A DNA stretch of 62,859 nt, the filler included, from Octopus bimaculoides (Eukaryota), in the NCBI RefSeq assembly GCF_001194135.2. It is 6 parts of 6 records of this genome, joined end to end, with 100 filler letters (N's around TTAATTAATTAA, not from the genome) between each part and the next. Parts side by side here need not be neighbours in the genome. Positions count along the whole stretch, not along the records: positions 35,852 to 47,534 come from NC_068987.1; positions 47,635 to 51,671 come from NW_026391041.1; 4 more parts are not named here. One strand, 5' to 3'. Of this stretch, positions 37,108-49,649 are shown piece after piece. The notes beneath the pieces were generated by a model, which was not told the DNA's origin, ran no database searches, and saw nothing but the letters and a program-made list of their open reading frames with translations. A program made the translations under genes and the position numbers. How positions within the stretch are numbered: position 1 is the first letter of the stretch; every line of letters begins with the position of its first letter.

Positions 37108-38743
37108 GTTTAATTAATCAGCCACTATACAATTTTGTATAATCTCTAGACAACCGAAGCATGGCGATTTCGAATTTGCTAAAGTTCACTAATTCCATTT
37201 AAGTTAGAACCAGACAGGTTTTCCCAGGTTTTCTCTGTTAGACTGCTTAAATGTAATTAAAGCAATCTCTTTATACACGATTATTTCCTATAATATTAAT
37301 TCTAACGATATGTATTACGTCATTTTCCTTGTACGCTGTACTTTCTATTTGAGATTAAAACATCTGAAATATCGTTTTCTTGTTTTTACATTCTAGTTTC
37401 AGAGAAGGGGCGTAACTCATATACTTTGTAGACCCTTACAGACTTGTTGAGTTCGATGAGATTGATATTTAGCTTCTTTTAATTTTTTTTTTTTAAAGAG
37501 CAGGCTCACCAACTGAAAGAACAGGAGAAGTAATCTCAAAATAACAGACTACCGTAGATGACCTAACTGTTGGCTATACATCACTTGAACCCTTCCCTAC
37601 AGGTCAGGTCAAGCTCATTGTCTTCCCCTTCGTTTTAGAAATTCAAGTTGTTCTGTGTTTCTGTTAATGCAAAAGTGAGAGTTAAAAGTTATCTTCTCAA
37701 AAATTCAGCAGATATTTCTAAAGTTATTTGCAAGTAGATTCACAGCATATTAATAGAAAAGCTAGTAGTCTCTATACGCTTACCAACGTCTACATCCATC
37801 CATAAAACCGACGAGAGAGTAACTAACGTGGTCACACAATCTGTTAGAAACGAAAGCCAAATCTCTCTCGTATTTCAATCTAACGCCTTACATCAGGAAA
37901 TGACACATTGTATAATGTATTCCAAGATAGCCATAAAAAAGACATGGTGCTCACGGCTGAGATCAGGATTGGCGTGGGATTAAATACCCAATCAACATTT
38001 AACTATAAAAATATAAGCAATTTTATTTTACGTTCAATAGATCAAATTGTGTATCCTGGACCAAGTTATATGTTCGAGCGTCATATTTCCGTCAGTACGA
38101 TTGTTGTATCCTCATTAATGTTGAGTGAACTTGCATGTTTTTTTGTTTGTTTTTTAAATTTACCTTCCTTCTCTGACTACTTTTACAGACTTGTTGAGTT
38201 CGATGAGATTGATATTTAGACAAATATCCCGTAGATAAACTGAATTTCTTTTGACTTCACACTATGCCAGTTATTGAAATGAAGAACGATGTCTGCAATA
38301 AATCGAATTTGTTCTCAGTGAAGTACTAATTAGTACTTTACTGACCACAGGATTTTAAAAAGGGAAATTCGAACTTAGAATATAGAAAGCTAAAATGGTA
38401 TTTGGATCAGTGCCGCATCGTTTCTTTTAAAATTTCAAGGACCTTTGTTATTTACATACAAAACTTTTGTCATCGTTGCCGTCGTCGTCGTTCTCGTTGC
38501 TGCCACCGCCGCCGTCATCGCCGTCGAAGTCTAGCCTCTAGGTCAATCTTGATTATCCAACATGACTTCTTTTAAAGACAGCAGGGAGCGATTTGAAGGA
38601 GATTTGGTTCTTATTTCTCGCAGGACGAACGATCATGTACAGGTTTCCTCGTTGGTTCAAAGACTCCTCTTTTTTTGCAAGCAAAAAGTTAATGACTTGA
38701 CATCATACAACAGGTAATTATTTTATTGGAGTACCTAGTGGCA

Positions 38744-39118
38744 GTGGAGGCGCAATGGCCCAGTGTTAGGGCAGCGGACTCGCGGTCATAGGATCGCGGT
38801 TTCGATTCCCAGACTGGGCGTTGTGAGTGTTTATTGAGCGAAAACACCTAAAGCTCCACGAGGCTCCGGCAGGGTATGATGGCGAACCCTGCTATACTCT
38901 TTCACCACAACTTTCTCTTACTTCCTGTTTCTGTTGTGCCTGTAATTCAAAGGGTCAGCCTTGTCACACTGTGTCACGCTGAATATCCCCGAGAACTACG
39001 TTAAGGGTACACGTGTCTGTGGAGTGCTCAGCCACTTGCACGTTAATTTCACGAGCAGGCTGTTCCGTTGATCGGATCAACTGGAACCCTCGACGTCGTA
39101 AGCGACGGAGTGCCAACA
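38744..39118 (+). mobile_element. Young full-length tRNA-derived SINE
   Basis: A box TGGCCCAGTG and B box GGTTTCGATTCC; (AAC) tail; TSD ACCTAGTGGCA (38733) / ACCTAGTGACA (39119). Confidence 0.92.
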
Positions 39119-39992
39119 ACCTAGTGACATGAAAAGCAACGTGGAGCCCGGGCATGAAAAGAGAAATAAACTCCAGCTGAATGTGAATTCATTATAACAG
39201 TCGAGAAAATAAGCTGTTAGCTGTTCCAGTTACAAATTTTGTTTACATTTTAATAAGTAATCGTTGGTAGTTTGTAAAGAAGAGGTGAAAAAATACTGGT
39301 TAATTGTTAAATAACAATGAAACAGGATCGGTTGGTTCCTACCCTAGGCTGCCGAAAATGCCACCGTGGACATAATTTCTCTATGAAAGTTCGTACATTA
39401 AATTATTTTACTTCACCTGTATGGCTACTGCTTTGCACATTCATAACGAGGCTTTGATTATCTTGTGGAAACCTAACGGTTTTATACCATTATCCCCATT
39501 CATATATTTTTCGGTCACTAAATGCCTTAGGGCATGCATGACCTGAAAATTTCTTATGTCATTAAGCTTTTTATCTGTAACACCGTCTTTAAAAGGAAGT
39601 GTTGGTAGTCTACTCTGGTGTGTTTAACGATGACGTGCTGTTAGAATGCTTCGGTTTATTTAATAACCGTGTGTATTACGCTACCGTGTTGTTAGTACTA
39701 CATTGGTGTTTTACAGTGATATTTAGTGAGTGCAACACTAGAGTGTCGGGATCTTTTTTAAAACGGGGGCCACATTTTTCATTAACGAAACACTTTGAAA
39801 CTTGGAACACTGGTAGAATGTGTCATATAAAACATCTTTTTCTCTTAGTCTTCTTAAAAGAAATCCCTAAGTTATTCCATGTTAAAGTTGTCGTATTTCT
39901 GTAATTTCAACCAATCACTGACGTCCATTCAGCCGATATATATTAAGTGCCGACTACATAAACAAACGATTCTGAAACAATTCTATCGGTGA

Positions 39993-40012
39993 TAGGGTTA
40001 GGGTTAGGGTAA
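39993..40012 (+). repeat. (TTAGGG)n running into a gap
   Basis: TAGGGTTAGGGTTAGGGTAA then N. Confidence 0.7.
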
Positions 40013-40529
40013 NNNNNNNNNNNNNNNNNNNNNNNNNNNNNNNNNNNNNNNNNNNNNNNNNNNNNNNNNNNNNNNNNNNNNNNNNNNNNNNNNNNNNNNN
40101 NNNNNNNNNNNNNNNNNNNNNNNNNNNNNNNNNNNNNNNNNNNNNNNNNNNNNNNNNNNNNNNNNNNNNNNNNNNNNNNNNNNNNNNNNNNNNNNNNNNN
40201 NNNNNNNNNNNNNNNNNNNNNNNNNNNNNNNNNNNNNNNNNNNNNNNNNNNNNNNNNNNNNNNNNNNNNNNNNNNNNNNNNNNNNNNNNNNNNNNNNNNN
40301 NNNNNNNNNNNNNNNNNNNNNNNNNNNNNNNNNNNNNNNNNNNNNNNNNNNNNNNNNNNACCAGTTTTACTGACTGTTTTGCTTAGAAACAAAAAGTACA
40401 CTAGTAATTTTATGGTCTATCTGTATTCCACTTCATTTACCGGTTTATTACAATATAAATCAACTATAAAGTTATTTAAAGTCTTTATCCCATTCATTTC
40501 GAATATTCGAATATTCAATGAACAATACT

Positions 40530-40791
40530 GTGGAGGCGCGTGGCTTAGTGGTTAAGGTGTCAGCATCATGATCGTAAGATTGTGGTTTCGATTCCTGGAC
40601 CGGGCTACGCGTTGTGTTCTTGAGCAAAACACTTCATTTCACGTTGCTCCAGTCCACTCAGCTGGCAAAAATGAGTAACGCTGCAATGGACGGACGTCCC
40701 GTCCAGCTGGGGAACACATACGTCATTGAAACCGAGAAAACGGGCCTATGAGTCTGGCTAGGCTTTAAAAGGGCGCGTTTATTTATTTACA
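40530..40791 (+). mobile_element. Full-length tRNA-derived SINE
   Basis: tRNA head, (TTTA) tail, and perfect 13-bp TSD AATGAACAATACT (40517 / 40792). Confidence 0.93.
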
Positions 40792-41765
40792 AATGAACAA
40801 TACTATGCAATACTCTCGCTAGACTGTTTGTACGTGCAACTTTGCTAGTTGCATTTTTCAAAATGCAATAAAGAAAAGCAACAGAAGAATCAACAGTAAA
40901 ATTTGTATCCAGAACATAGAAGAAGGTAATTAAACATAATGTGATATCAATCTGGCTCTCAGCTGTTTTTGCCCACCCATCTTGACAGTACCTAAGAAGG
41001 AATTGTGTTACTAATTCTTAATTTTTTTTTAAAGTTAGAGTTATCGCATCAACCATCCAGTAGTAAGAGAGAAGTACAGTTTTTTCTAATAAGTTACGAA
41101 AGAGCCTTTACTGTAAAGGAGATAATGTTAAATATTACGCTTTGATAATACTTTCGTTCGGCATCAACAAATGACGAAACGGAAAATGTGAATCAAACCG
41201 AGTTGGACATTTGAAATTCTAACATCAATCAGATGTATTTCCTTGAGGTTTGTGACTAACACGACAATGACGTCATTGCCACTTGATTTCTTTCCAGTTT
41301 AAGCTGTAACAGCAGTTTAATCCGGTAATCATCATTTGCTTTTTATGTCATCATCTTCCTTCTTTGTCTCTTGTGTCATCTTGTTCCAAACCCTTCTTCT
41401 TTGTTCTGGATAGTAGAGACAGTAAAGCTTTTAGAGAGACAGTAAAGCTTTTAGTTCTGAGTTTGAATTTCACTGAGATCCACAAAATAAGTACCCATAC
41501 AATAGCCTTTGCTGTGTCGATTATAATGGATTGTATACCACACAAACACAGGCACGCACGCACACATACGCACACACGTACACACACACAAATAGATTTT
41601 GTACCTATATAAAAAATCTAGTACTATAGTATCACCGAAGATCTATCTTTCAGATTCGCTTATGCCACATTCCTGATAGTTAAAGTCAAGTAGAGTGAAA
41701 ATTGAACAAGAATAATTGGTTTGTTTTCTGTTTTTCTAACTGTCAGAGTATAAGAATAAATACAC

Positions 41766-41968
41766 CTGTGTTAAAGTTATTTGTTTTCCGTCTGGATTTC
41801 TTTCTGGTTGTGCAGTGCATGTACAAAAACGAACTAACGCAATCTGTATCGTAAAATTATAGATAGTCATATACAAAGCATACACAAATATTATGTTGGT
41901 GAAATTCAATTTAATATTATGTACTGAAAAGTATTTGCTCGTTACAGAAACACTACAAACACAATAAC
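41766..41968 (-). CDS. Candidate exon (Cys-containing, N-glycosylation sequons)
   Basis: TTTTGTAG|..ACACAG|GTGTAT; open frame GYCVCSVSV..KLNFT..YNFT..FCTCTAQPERNPDG. Confidence 0.3.
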
Positions 41969-42414
41969 CTACAAAACAGCCATTTACCTTATTTGTGAAA
42001 TACGAGTTAACCAACAAACGAACTCGCATAAAGAATCTTGCAAACCAAATCCCAAAACGAAATCATATTTATTAATAATGAAAATTATATCCTCTCTTCC
42101 CATCTCCAAAGAAAACAATTCTACAATTGTCTGCCATTTCATTATATAAACGTAGACAGAGTGGGGATAGCGTGAATTTTAAAGTGGTGGGTCAAAATTT
42201 CAGAAGTTAATGCTTACATAGTGAAATTCAATTTAAATGGCTGCAGCTGTTGACCGAAACCGAGTCATCTAATTCGATTGATAGATCACGGCTTACTGGG
42301 GGTTTTTCCTTTTATAAACCTACTCCTACTCCAATATTCACCTAATAACAGATAACGTATATTATTCTTTAAGTGTTAAGTGTATAAGTGGAGGCGCAAT
42401 GAAATTGTGAGGGA

Positions 42415-42578
42415 GCGGGGCTAGTCAATTACATCGATTCCATTGCATAGCTGGTATTTATTTCATCGACGTCGAAAGGATGAAAGGCAAAATTTGACCT
42501 CGGCGGAATTTGAACACAGAACGTAATGACATGAAATGCCGCTTCCCGGCGTGTTTAACGGTTCTGCCAACTCGCCTA
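42415..42578 (-). mobile_element. SINE (4533 family)
   Basis: Reverse complement of GGCGAGTTGGCAGAACCG..GGAATCGATGTAATTGAC. Confidence 0.8.
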
Positions 42579-43961
42579 ATAATAGTAATAATATTAATAC
42601 AAAGAAACATTTTCGTCCTGTTGAAGTCTAAAATAACTTCACACACACACACGCACACACACACAGACGCGCGCGCTTCGAAAGAAAAATCCTCCGATTA
42701 TGACGACGGTAACAGCAACAAATAGAAGTTACAGTCACAAACCATAATTCTTTTTTTTGACTGAGAATATAATTTACGAAGCAGACGAGGCAAGATGCAA
42801 AAACTCTCTCTCTCTCTTCCTCTTTCTCTCTCTCCCTCTTTCTCTCTCTCCTCTCTCCCTCTTTCTCTCTCTCTCACACACACATACACACACCCAAAAG
42901 ATGTTGCACAAGGAAGAAATAAACGGCAAAATGCATATATACATATACAGACGCATACAGACATACGTATACATACATACATACATACATACATACATAC
43001 ATACATGTATGTAGTTGTATGCTTATATTCATGTAAATATATACATGAGTGTGTCTGTGCGACTCAAGGTCCGAGAGTTTCGTGTGTTGGCATTTAGTTA
43101 AGTACATATGAAAACAGAAAACCCCTACAATACTCATTTTTATCCCAACAATTAAGTTACGATAAAAGTATAAATTAGAGTTATGTTAGATGTATTATTA
43201 CACTGAATATATAAAATATATTATATATATATTACACTGAATATATATATTATATATATATTACATTGAATATATATTATATATATATATATTACACTGA
43301 ATATATAAAAAGTGAGGCTAACATTTTTTTTTTTTGATAAAAATAAATGAGTATTGTACGTGTTTTCTTTTTGTCATAACTGTATGCTTACTTTTGCACA
43401 CCCCCACACCCCCGCCGTATATATATATATGTGTGTGTGTATGTATGTATCTATACGTGTGTGTGTGTGTAATTTATTGGAAGCTGAAACTTCACTAGTT
43501 GTTACTCCGAGTTTCGCACTTCCGAGCTTCAGACGGTTGTGAAAAATGGAACATAAAAATGGTATATAATGGACATACAGTTGAAATTTTTTAAATATCA
43601 TTGCAAGCACCTGGAACAAATAGAACGAGGGTGGTTTATTTAAAAGATACAGCACAAACACAATGAAAGGTGCCATGTTCAAATAGAAGAGTCTTGAATG
43701 TGTTCTTTAGAATATTGATTATATCTCTATTTGTAAATGAGTGAATATTCATAAGAATTCCATCCGATCCCAGTTATAAGTAGCCAATGTCAGTTGAATA
43801 ATATTAATTTTATCTTAGGATAGAAATACCGTCGACAGAGATACATTTCATTACAACCAAACATTAGTGAGAAACTTGAGCGAGAAAGTACAGAAGAGAC
43901 ATAAGTAAAGGAAGACATATTGGTTTAATCCTTCACTCAATCTAGTTATTGTCCTATATAT

Positions 43962-44160
43962 ATTCTTTTACTCTTTTACTTGTTTCAGTTATTCGTCTGG
44001 GCCATGCTGGAGCACCGCCTTTTAGTCGAAGAAATCGACTCCAACACATTCTTTCTATGCTCGGTACTTATTTTATCGATTTTTTTTTTTTTGCAGAACC
44101 GCTAATGTTACGGAGATATAAACACACCAACATCGGTTGTCAAGCGAAGGCTGGGGAAAC
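43962..44160 (-). mobile_element. SINE 3' half (6972 family)
   Basis: (CTTTTACT) tail, GGCCATGCTGGAGCACCGCC. Confidence 0.85.
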
Positions 44161-44183
44161 ACACACACACGCACACATATGTG

Positions 44184-44222
<39 letters not shown>

Positions 44223-45029
44223 NNNNNNNNNNNNNNNNNNNNNNNNNNNNNNNNNNNNNNNTTCGCTGTAAAAGTCATTATTCCTATACAGTTATTACAA
44301 CAGTTAAAGATTTACCCACTAGTACTGTATAGTAATTAACGTATCGTGGCGTACCTTAGTTCTCCACAAGAAAGTTACCCACCAGAAGAATGCAATTATA
44401 TACTTCTGCTTTACTATTTCACCAATTTTTGCTTTGTTTTCTCACAAAGGTCATACCAGATTTAACAAAATCAAAATAAGGTGGTTAAGCCATAACTCAC
44501 CGAATGCTGTTTCACCAATCGAAGCCAATTTCAGTGGATTCCAATCTCTGATGTAAATTCATCACACTTGAATTCACATTTATCACATCTAAACACCAGT
44601 TCTGCTCTCTTTCTCGCCGCTCCGACATAACAGAGAAATCAACACCACACCAAATCGAAAAATGAATGGACTAACGAAGGATATGCTCCTAATCTGATTA
44701 ATCCGTCTAAATCACTCAAGCTGTTTTGATCCTAATCTATAAAAAACGTTCATAGGATACACAATGTAACTAATCCCAACCATCACATGGCCAAACAACG
44801 TGCTTTGGAAAGTTTAATTTTGTTTTTGTTTTTCATTTTTTTGTCACAGCAACTATAATCGCTCCTATTTTTCTTTTAAACCTTTCTTTTCCGCCCTTAA
44901 TAGTAAATATAAATTACCACCCACCCAGTTAAGGCTAATATCTAGGCCTTGGCTATCATTAAAGGACATGATCTGTTACCAGCTTTTGGACTATATTTTT
45001 GACTTCCAGAGTTATTACTATTATTGAAC

Positions 45030-45555
45030 GGAAGAGCAGCGCATGCTATCAAAGTGACAATGGGGTACAAATATACGAAGCCCAATACACCCATCATGAC
45101 TACCCGTCTGATAAGGTTACGCTAGGCACACGCATCACAACCAAATGTATGCGACATGGTGATCTCACATCAAGATAAATAATGCATGACCTTGCAAGTG
45201 GACCCCAGTTAGAATTTTCATCAGGTCGAGTAACCAATCCCGTTTAAAAAGCCCCTTATTTAAGGATGATGAATAAAACATCCATGTTTCCTGAGGTGAA
45301 TAACTCAAACGCCAAAGAATACATCTCGACACATGATCATGATGCTCCCCCACTACTCCTGCTCGTGATCAGAGATACACATACTGTCAGCCACCAAGGG
45401 TCATGCTTAACTGGTGATGATCAAGCAACTGACAAGCAAATCTGCAGTATTGAGCAGAATATTTGCTGTGGCTCATTTTTTACATCAAGACAAAACACGT
45501 ACGTGATAACACTTCCAATCAGTTAAAATCAGAATCCATAAAAGCCACTGCTCAG
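45030..45555. mobile_element. Interspersed repeat, probably the non-coding end of an RTE-type LINE
   Basis: Recalled abundant octopus repeat (GAACGGAAGAGCAGCGCATGC..GCCACTGC). Classification is from memory only. Confidence 0.45.
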
Positions 45556-46129
45556 TTATTAGTATTATTATTTTCCTGCAGACATTTATTTGCAAATGTT
45601 CAAGCTGGGCATCGGCTACATCAGTCTCACAAATATGGAAGAACCTGCTTAAGTCATAAGTTATACCAAGAGTGATATTCAGATTCTTATGGGTCAGGGA
45701 ACAGCACCGAAGAAGTGGGTATCATCTCAAATGAAATATAACAACGTTATATTATTCATGGCACCACAACCGTCATGGCCTGTAGTGCGGTGATACCTGT
45801 TAGCACCTACCTTAAGACAAATTAGCCATATCTGAATTCCCTGATTTATATATATATATATATATANNNNNNNNNNNNNNNNNNNNNNNNNNNNNNNNNN
45901 NNNNNNNNNNNNNNNNNNNNNNNNNNNNNNNNNNNNNNNNNNNNNNNNNNNNNNNNNNNNNNNNNNNNNNNNNNNNNNNNNNNNNNNNNNNNNNNNNNNN
46001 NNNNNNNNNNNNNNNNNNNNNNNNNNNNNNNNNNNNNNNNNNNNNNNNNNNNNNNNNNNNNNNNNNNNNNNNNNNNNNNNNNNNNNNNNNNNNNNNNNNN
46101 NNNNNNNNNNNNNNNNNNNNNNNNNNNNC

Positions 46130-46260
46130 TTCTGACTCTTTATGTTCTGAGTTTAAATCTCGACGAGCTGACTTTCCTTTTCATCCTTTCGGGGTGAATA
46201 AAATAAAGTACCAGTCAAGTACCGGGATTGATGTAATCGACTTACACACTCCCTCAACTT
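46130..46260 (+). mobile_element. SINE (4533 family), 5' end in gap
   Basis: GTTCTGAGTTTAAAT..GATGTAATCGAC. A decayed antisense copy follows at ~46310-46460. Confidence 0.8.
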
Positions 46261-47001
46261 GTTAAATTATAATATTGATATCTAATATTGGCATAAAATT
46301 ACAAACGTTTGTTGGGGAGCGAGTACTTTGTTTTATCGAACCCAAAATGATGAATGGTAAAGTTGGTCTCAACGGGATGTTAACTCAAAACATAAAGTCC
46401 ATAATTAAATGCCTCATGATGTTTCGTTCGATATTTTAGTGATTCTGACCAATCGACTGTCATTTGTTAACTTACAGAATAAAGAGATGGTTTTATTAAA
46501 AAATACTGGTACAAAGAAGTATAAAAAGACTATAAGGGGTGGGTGCTTGAGTTACATCAAAGACTAGGAAGCAAAAAAAGACAAGAAAAAATGAGGTTGG
46601 CTTATGATTGGAAATGATAGAGAGAGGAGGCTGCGCTTCTTGCTGAGCACGTGTGACCTCCCAAGGATATGAATTTTGATTGGTGTCATTTAAAAAAAAA
46701 AACAGAACTCTCTGAAGTTTGATAATCATGTAACTCTATGAATGGCCTGTTTATTGATCGACGTAGTTATATGTGTAAGACCAATGGGAAGATATTTTTA
46801 TTTCGTGGTTGTTTACTGTCATAAATATCTGTGGAGGGCAACACAATCAGTTGGTCGTTTGAAATTTAATAATTTTGGTTTTGAATGTCCATGAGTGTGT
46901 GTATCTGTATAAATGTATGCCTTTACGCAACTGTGAATGCGTGTGCAGGTACGTGTATGAGAGACTGTGTATGTACATGAGACATTAAGAGTGACTACAC
47001 T

Positions 47002-47075
<74 letters not shown>

Positions 47076-48254
47076 TATATGGAAAAATTGTACATTAACG
47101 CACTTTTGTGCATATAAATATACCTCTATGTTCTTGTATATACTCGTGATAATCTGTCCCTGGAAGAAACTTCAGTAAAATCTCTAAATAAGTCCTTATG
47201 AGAAATTGTCAAATATAAAACTTATATTGTTTACTACAGTGATTTCTGGAAGCATCTGATGGCTTCTGGATTAAAAAATAAGTTTTGGATGATATTTGTG
47301 TTCTTTGGATTGAATGAAAGGATAATATTTGCTTCCATGTTTCATCATGTCTCATCCACAGATTCTCTAGTGTCTTTAGATCGGTGTTTCTTATGGGACA
47401 AAGATGGCTGCGAGGACCGAGAAGACGAATGACGAACTGCTAAGTTTAATATAATTGAAATGACATCTGAATTTTTTTTAATTTGTCCAACGCCATGACA
47501 AAGAACGAAGAATTATTTGGATACAAAATCTTTTNNNNNNNNNNNNNNNNNNNNNNNNNNNNNNNNNNNNNNNNNNNNTTAATTAATTAANNNNNNNNNN
47601 NNNNNNNNNNNNNNNNNNNNNNNNNNNNNNNNNNCATGAACGATGTCATAAATAACAGTGACAAACGAAATATACACCGCCGATGTTGTTGACAAGCAAC
47701 AACAGTAATTTTATTTACACGTCATTGATTGGTTGAAATTACCAAAACACGACCACTTTAACACGAAATTACTTCGTAAATAGAAACTTTTCTCAACAAC
47801 GCTAAGAGTAAAATATGTTCTATACGACACATTCTAGCAGTATACGAAGTTTCAAAGTGTTTAGTTAAAAAATTAATTAATCGAGCTGCCCATGAAAAGG
47901 AGAGGATACCTTATCTAATCTAGAGACTGTAATAAAACGTATAAATAAATATAAATGATAATATAGTATTATATTGGTAATATATAACAACTCTTCCCTT
48001 TTATTTAAAGTTAATGATATAAAAAAAAAAAATTGCTTTAAGTAACTAAATAAATGACCTTTATTCATTTAGTTGACAACGAAATGACTGGATCTAATAG
48101 TGGAAATGTAAGCAATTTAATCGTAAGTAGTGATGGCATGATTAACAATAGTAAAAATATTCCCAAGAACAAGTGTAGTAACTATACCCTATAAAAAATA
48201 GATATATAAATGGACTTCAGCCAAATAATAAGTATGCGCCATATGCTAACCCGG

Positions 48255-48345
48255 TTACACCTAATGATGTTAATCGTAATAAAGATAATTATATTTGATT
48301 CATTATTCCTTACGTCCGGCAAATAAAAATGAATTTGGTCAAGCT
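48255..48345 (+). pseudogene. PLE linker fragment related to the 52.4-kb element
   Basis: DNYI*FIIPYVRQIKMNLVKLF aligns by eye to DDNIWFIIPFGKQVKSNLVLQF. Confidence 0.55.
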
Positions 48346-48357
48346 TTTTTACAGTTC

Positions 48358-48532
48358 TATATCTCTTTTACTCTTTTACTCTTTTACTTGTTTCAGTCAT
48401 TTGACTGTGGCCATGCTGGAGCACCGCCTTTAGTCGAGCAAATCGACCCCAGAACTTATACTTTGTAAGTCTAGTACTTATTCTATCGGTCTCTTTTGCC
48501 GAACCGCTAGATTACGGGGACCTAAACACACC
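48358..48532 (-). mobile_element. Young SINE 3' half (6972 family)
   Basis: (CTTTTACT)3 tail and a near-consensus body running into a gap. Confidence 0.9.
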
Positions 48533-49649
48533 NNNNNNNNNNNNNNNNNNNNNNNNNNNNNNNNNNNNNNNNNNNNNNNNNNNNNNNNNNNNNNNNNNNN
48601 NNNNNNNNNNNNNNNNNNNNNNNNNNNNNNNNNNNNNNNNNNNNNNNNNNNNNNNNNNNNNNNNNNNNNNNNNNNNNNNNNNNNNNNNNNNNNNNNNNNN
48701 NNNNNNNNNNNNNNNNNNNNNNNNNNNNNNNNNNNNNNNNNNNNNNNNNNNNNNNNNNNNNNNNNNNNNNNNNNNNNNNNNNNNNNNNNNNNNNNNNNNN
48801 NNNNNNNNNNNNNNNNNNNNNNNNNNNNNNNNNNNNNNNNNNNNNNNNNNNNNNNNNNNNNNNNNNNNNNNNNNNNNNNNNNNNNNNNNNNNNNNNNNNN
48901 NNNNNNNNNNNNNNNNNNNNNNNNNNNNNNNNNNNNNNNNNNNNNNNNNNNNNNNNNNNNNNNNNNNNNNNNNNNNNNNNNNNNNNNNNNNNNNNNNNNN
49001 NNNNNNNNNNNNNNNNNNNNNNNNNNNNNNNNNNNNNNNNNNNNNNNNNNNNNNNNNNNNNNNNNNNNNNNNNNNNNNNNNNNNNNNNNNNNNNNNNNNN
49101 NNNNNNNNNNNNNNNNNNNNNNNNNNNNNNNNNNNNNNNNNNNNNNNNNNNNNNNNNNNNNNNNNNNNNNNNNNNNNNNNNNNNNNNNNNNNNNNNNNNN
49201 NNNNNNNNNNNNNNNNNNNNNNNNNNNNNNNNNNNNNNNNNNNNNNNNNNNNNNNNNNNNNNNNNNNNNNNNNNNNNNNNNNNNNNNNNNNNNNNNNNNN
49301 NNNNNNNNNNNNNNNNNNNNNNNNNNNNNNNNNNNNNNNNNNNNNNNNNNNNNNNNNNNNNNNNNNNNNNNNNNNNNNNNNNNNNNNNNNNNNNNNNNNN
49401 NNNNNNNNNNNNNNNNNNNNNNNNNNNNNNNNNNNNNNCATTGAACTTCTATCGTTTCAGTTATCGGATATATAAACATATAAAACTGAAACAGCCTTAA
49501 AAGAAGTAGTAATATTAAAAAATATTCTGAAGTTAACAATGGATGTATTAGGAAATATCGAAAATTAAATTGTTGAAAACATGAATAAAAGCCTCATATG
49601 AACAAATAATGTCCTTGGGCATTTATGGTAGAATAATAACCGAATAGTT

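Noticed and set aside
38744-38820. tRNA-like heads at 3105, 6972, 38744 and 40530
   Set aside because: They continue into SINE bodies with tails and TSDs, so they are not tRNA genes.
44540-44600. Minus-strand FRCDKCEFKC..H, zinc-finger-like
   Set aside because: Wrong C2H2 spacing, immediate stop, isolated.
45210-45245. CTGATGA on the minus strand within the 45-kb repeat
   Set aside because: No closing GAAA or stem II downstream.
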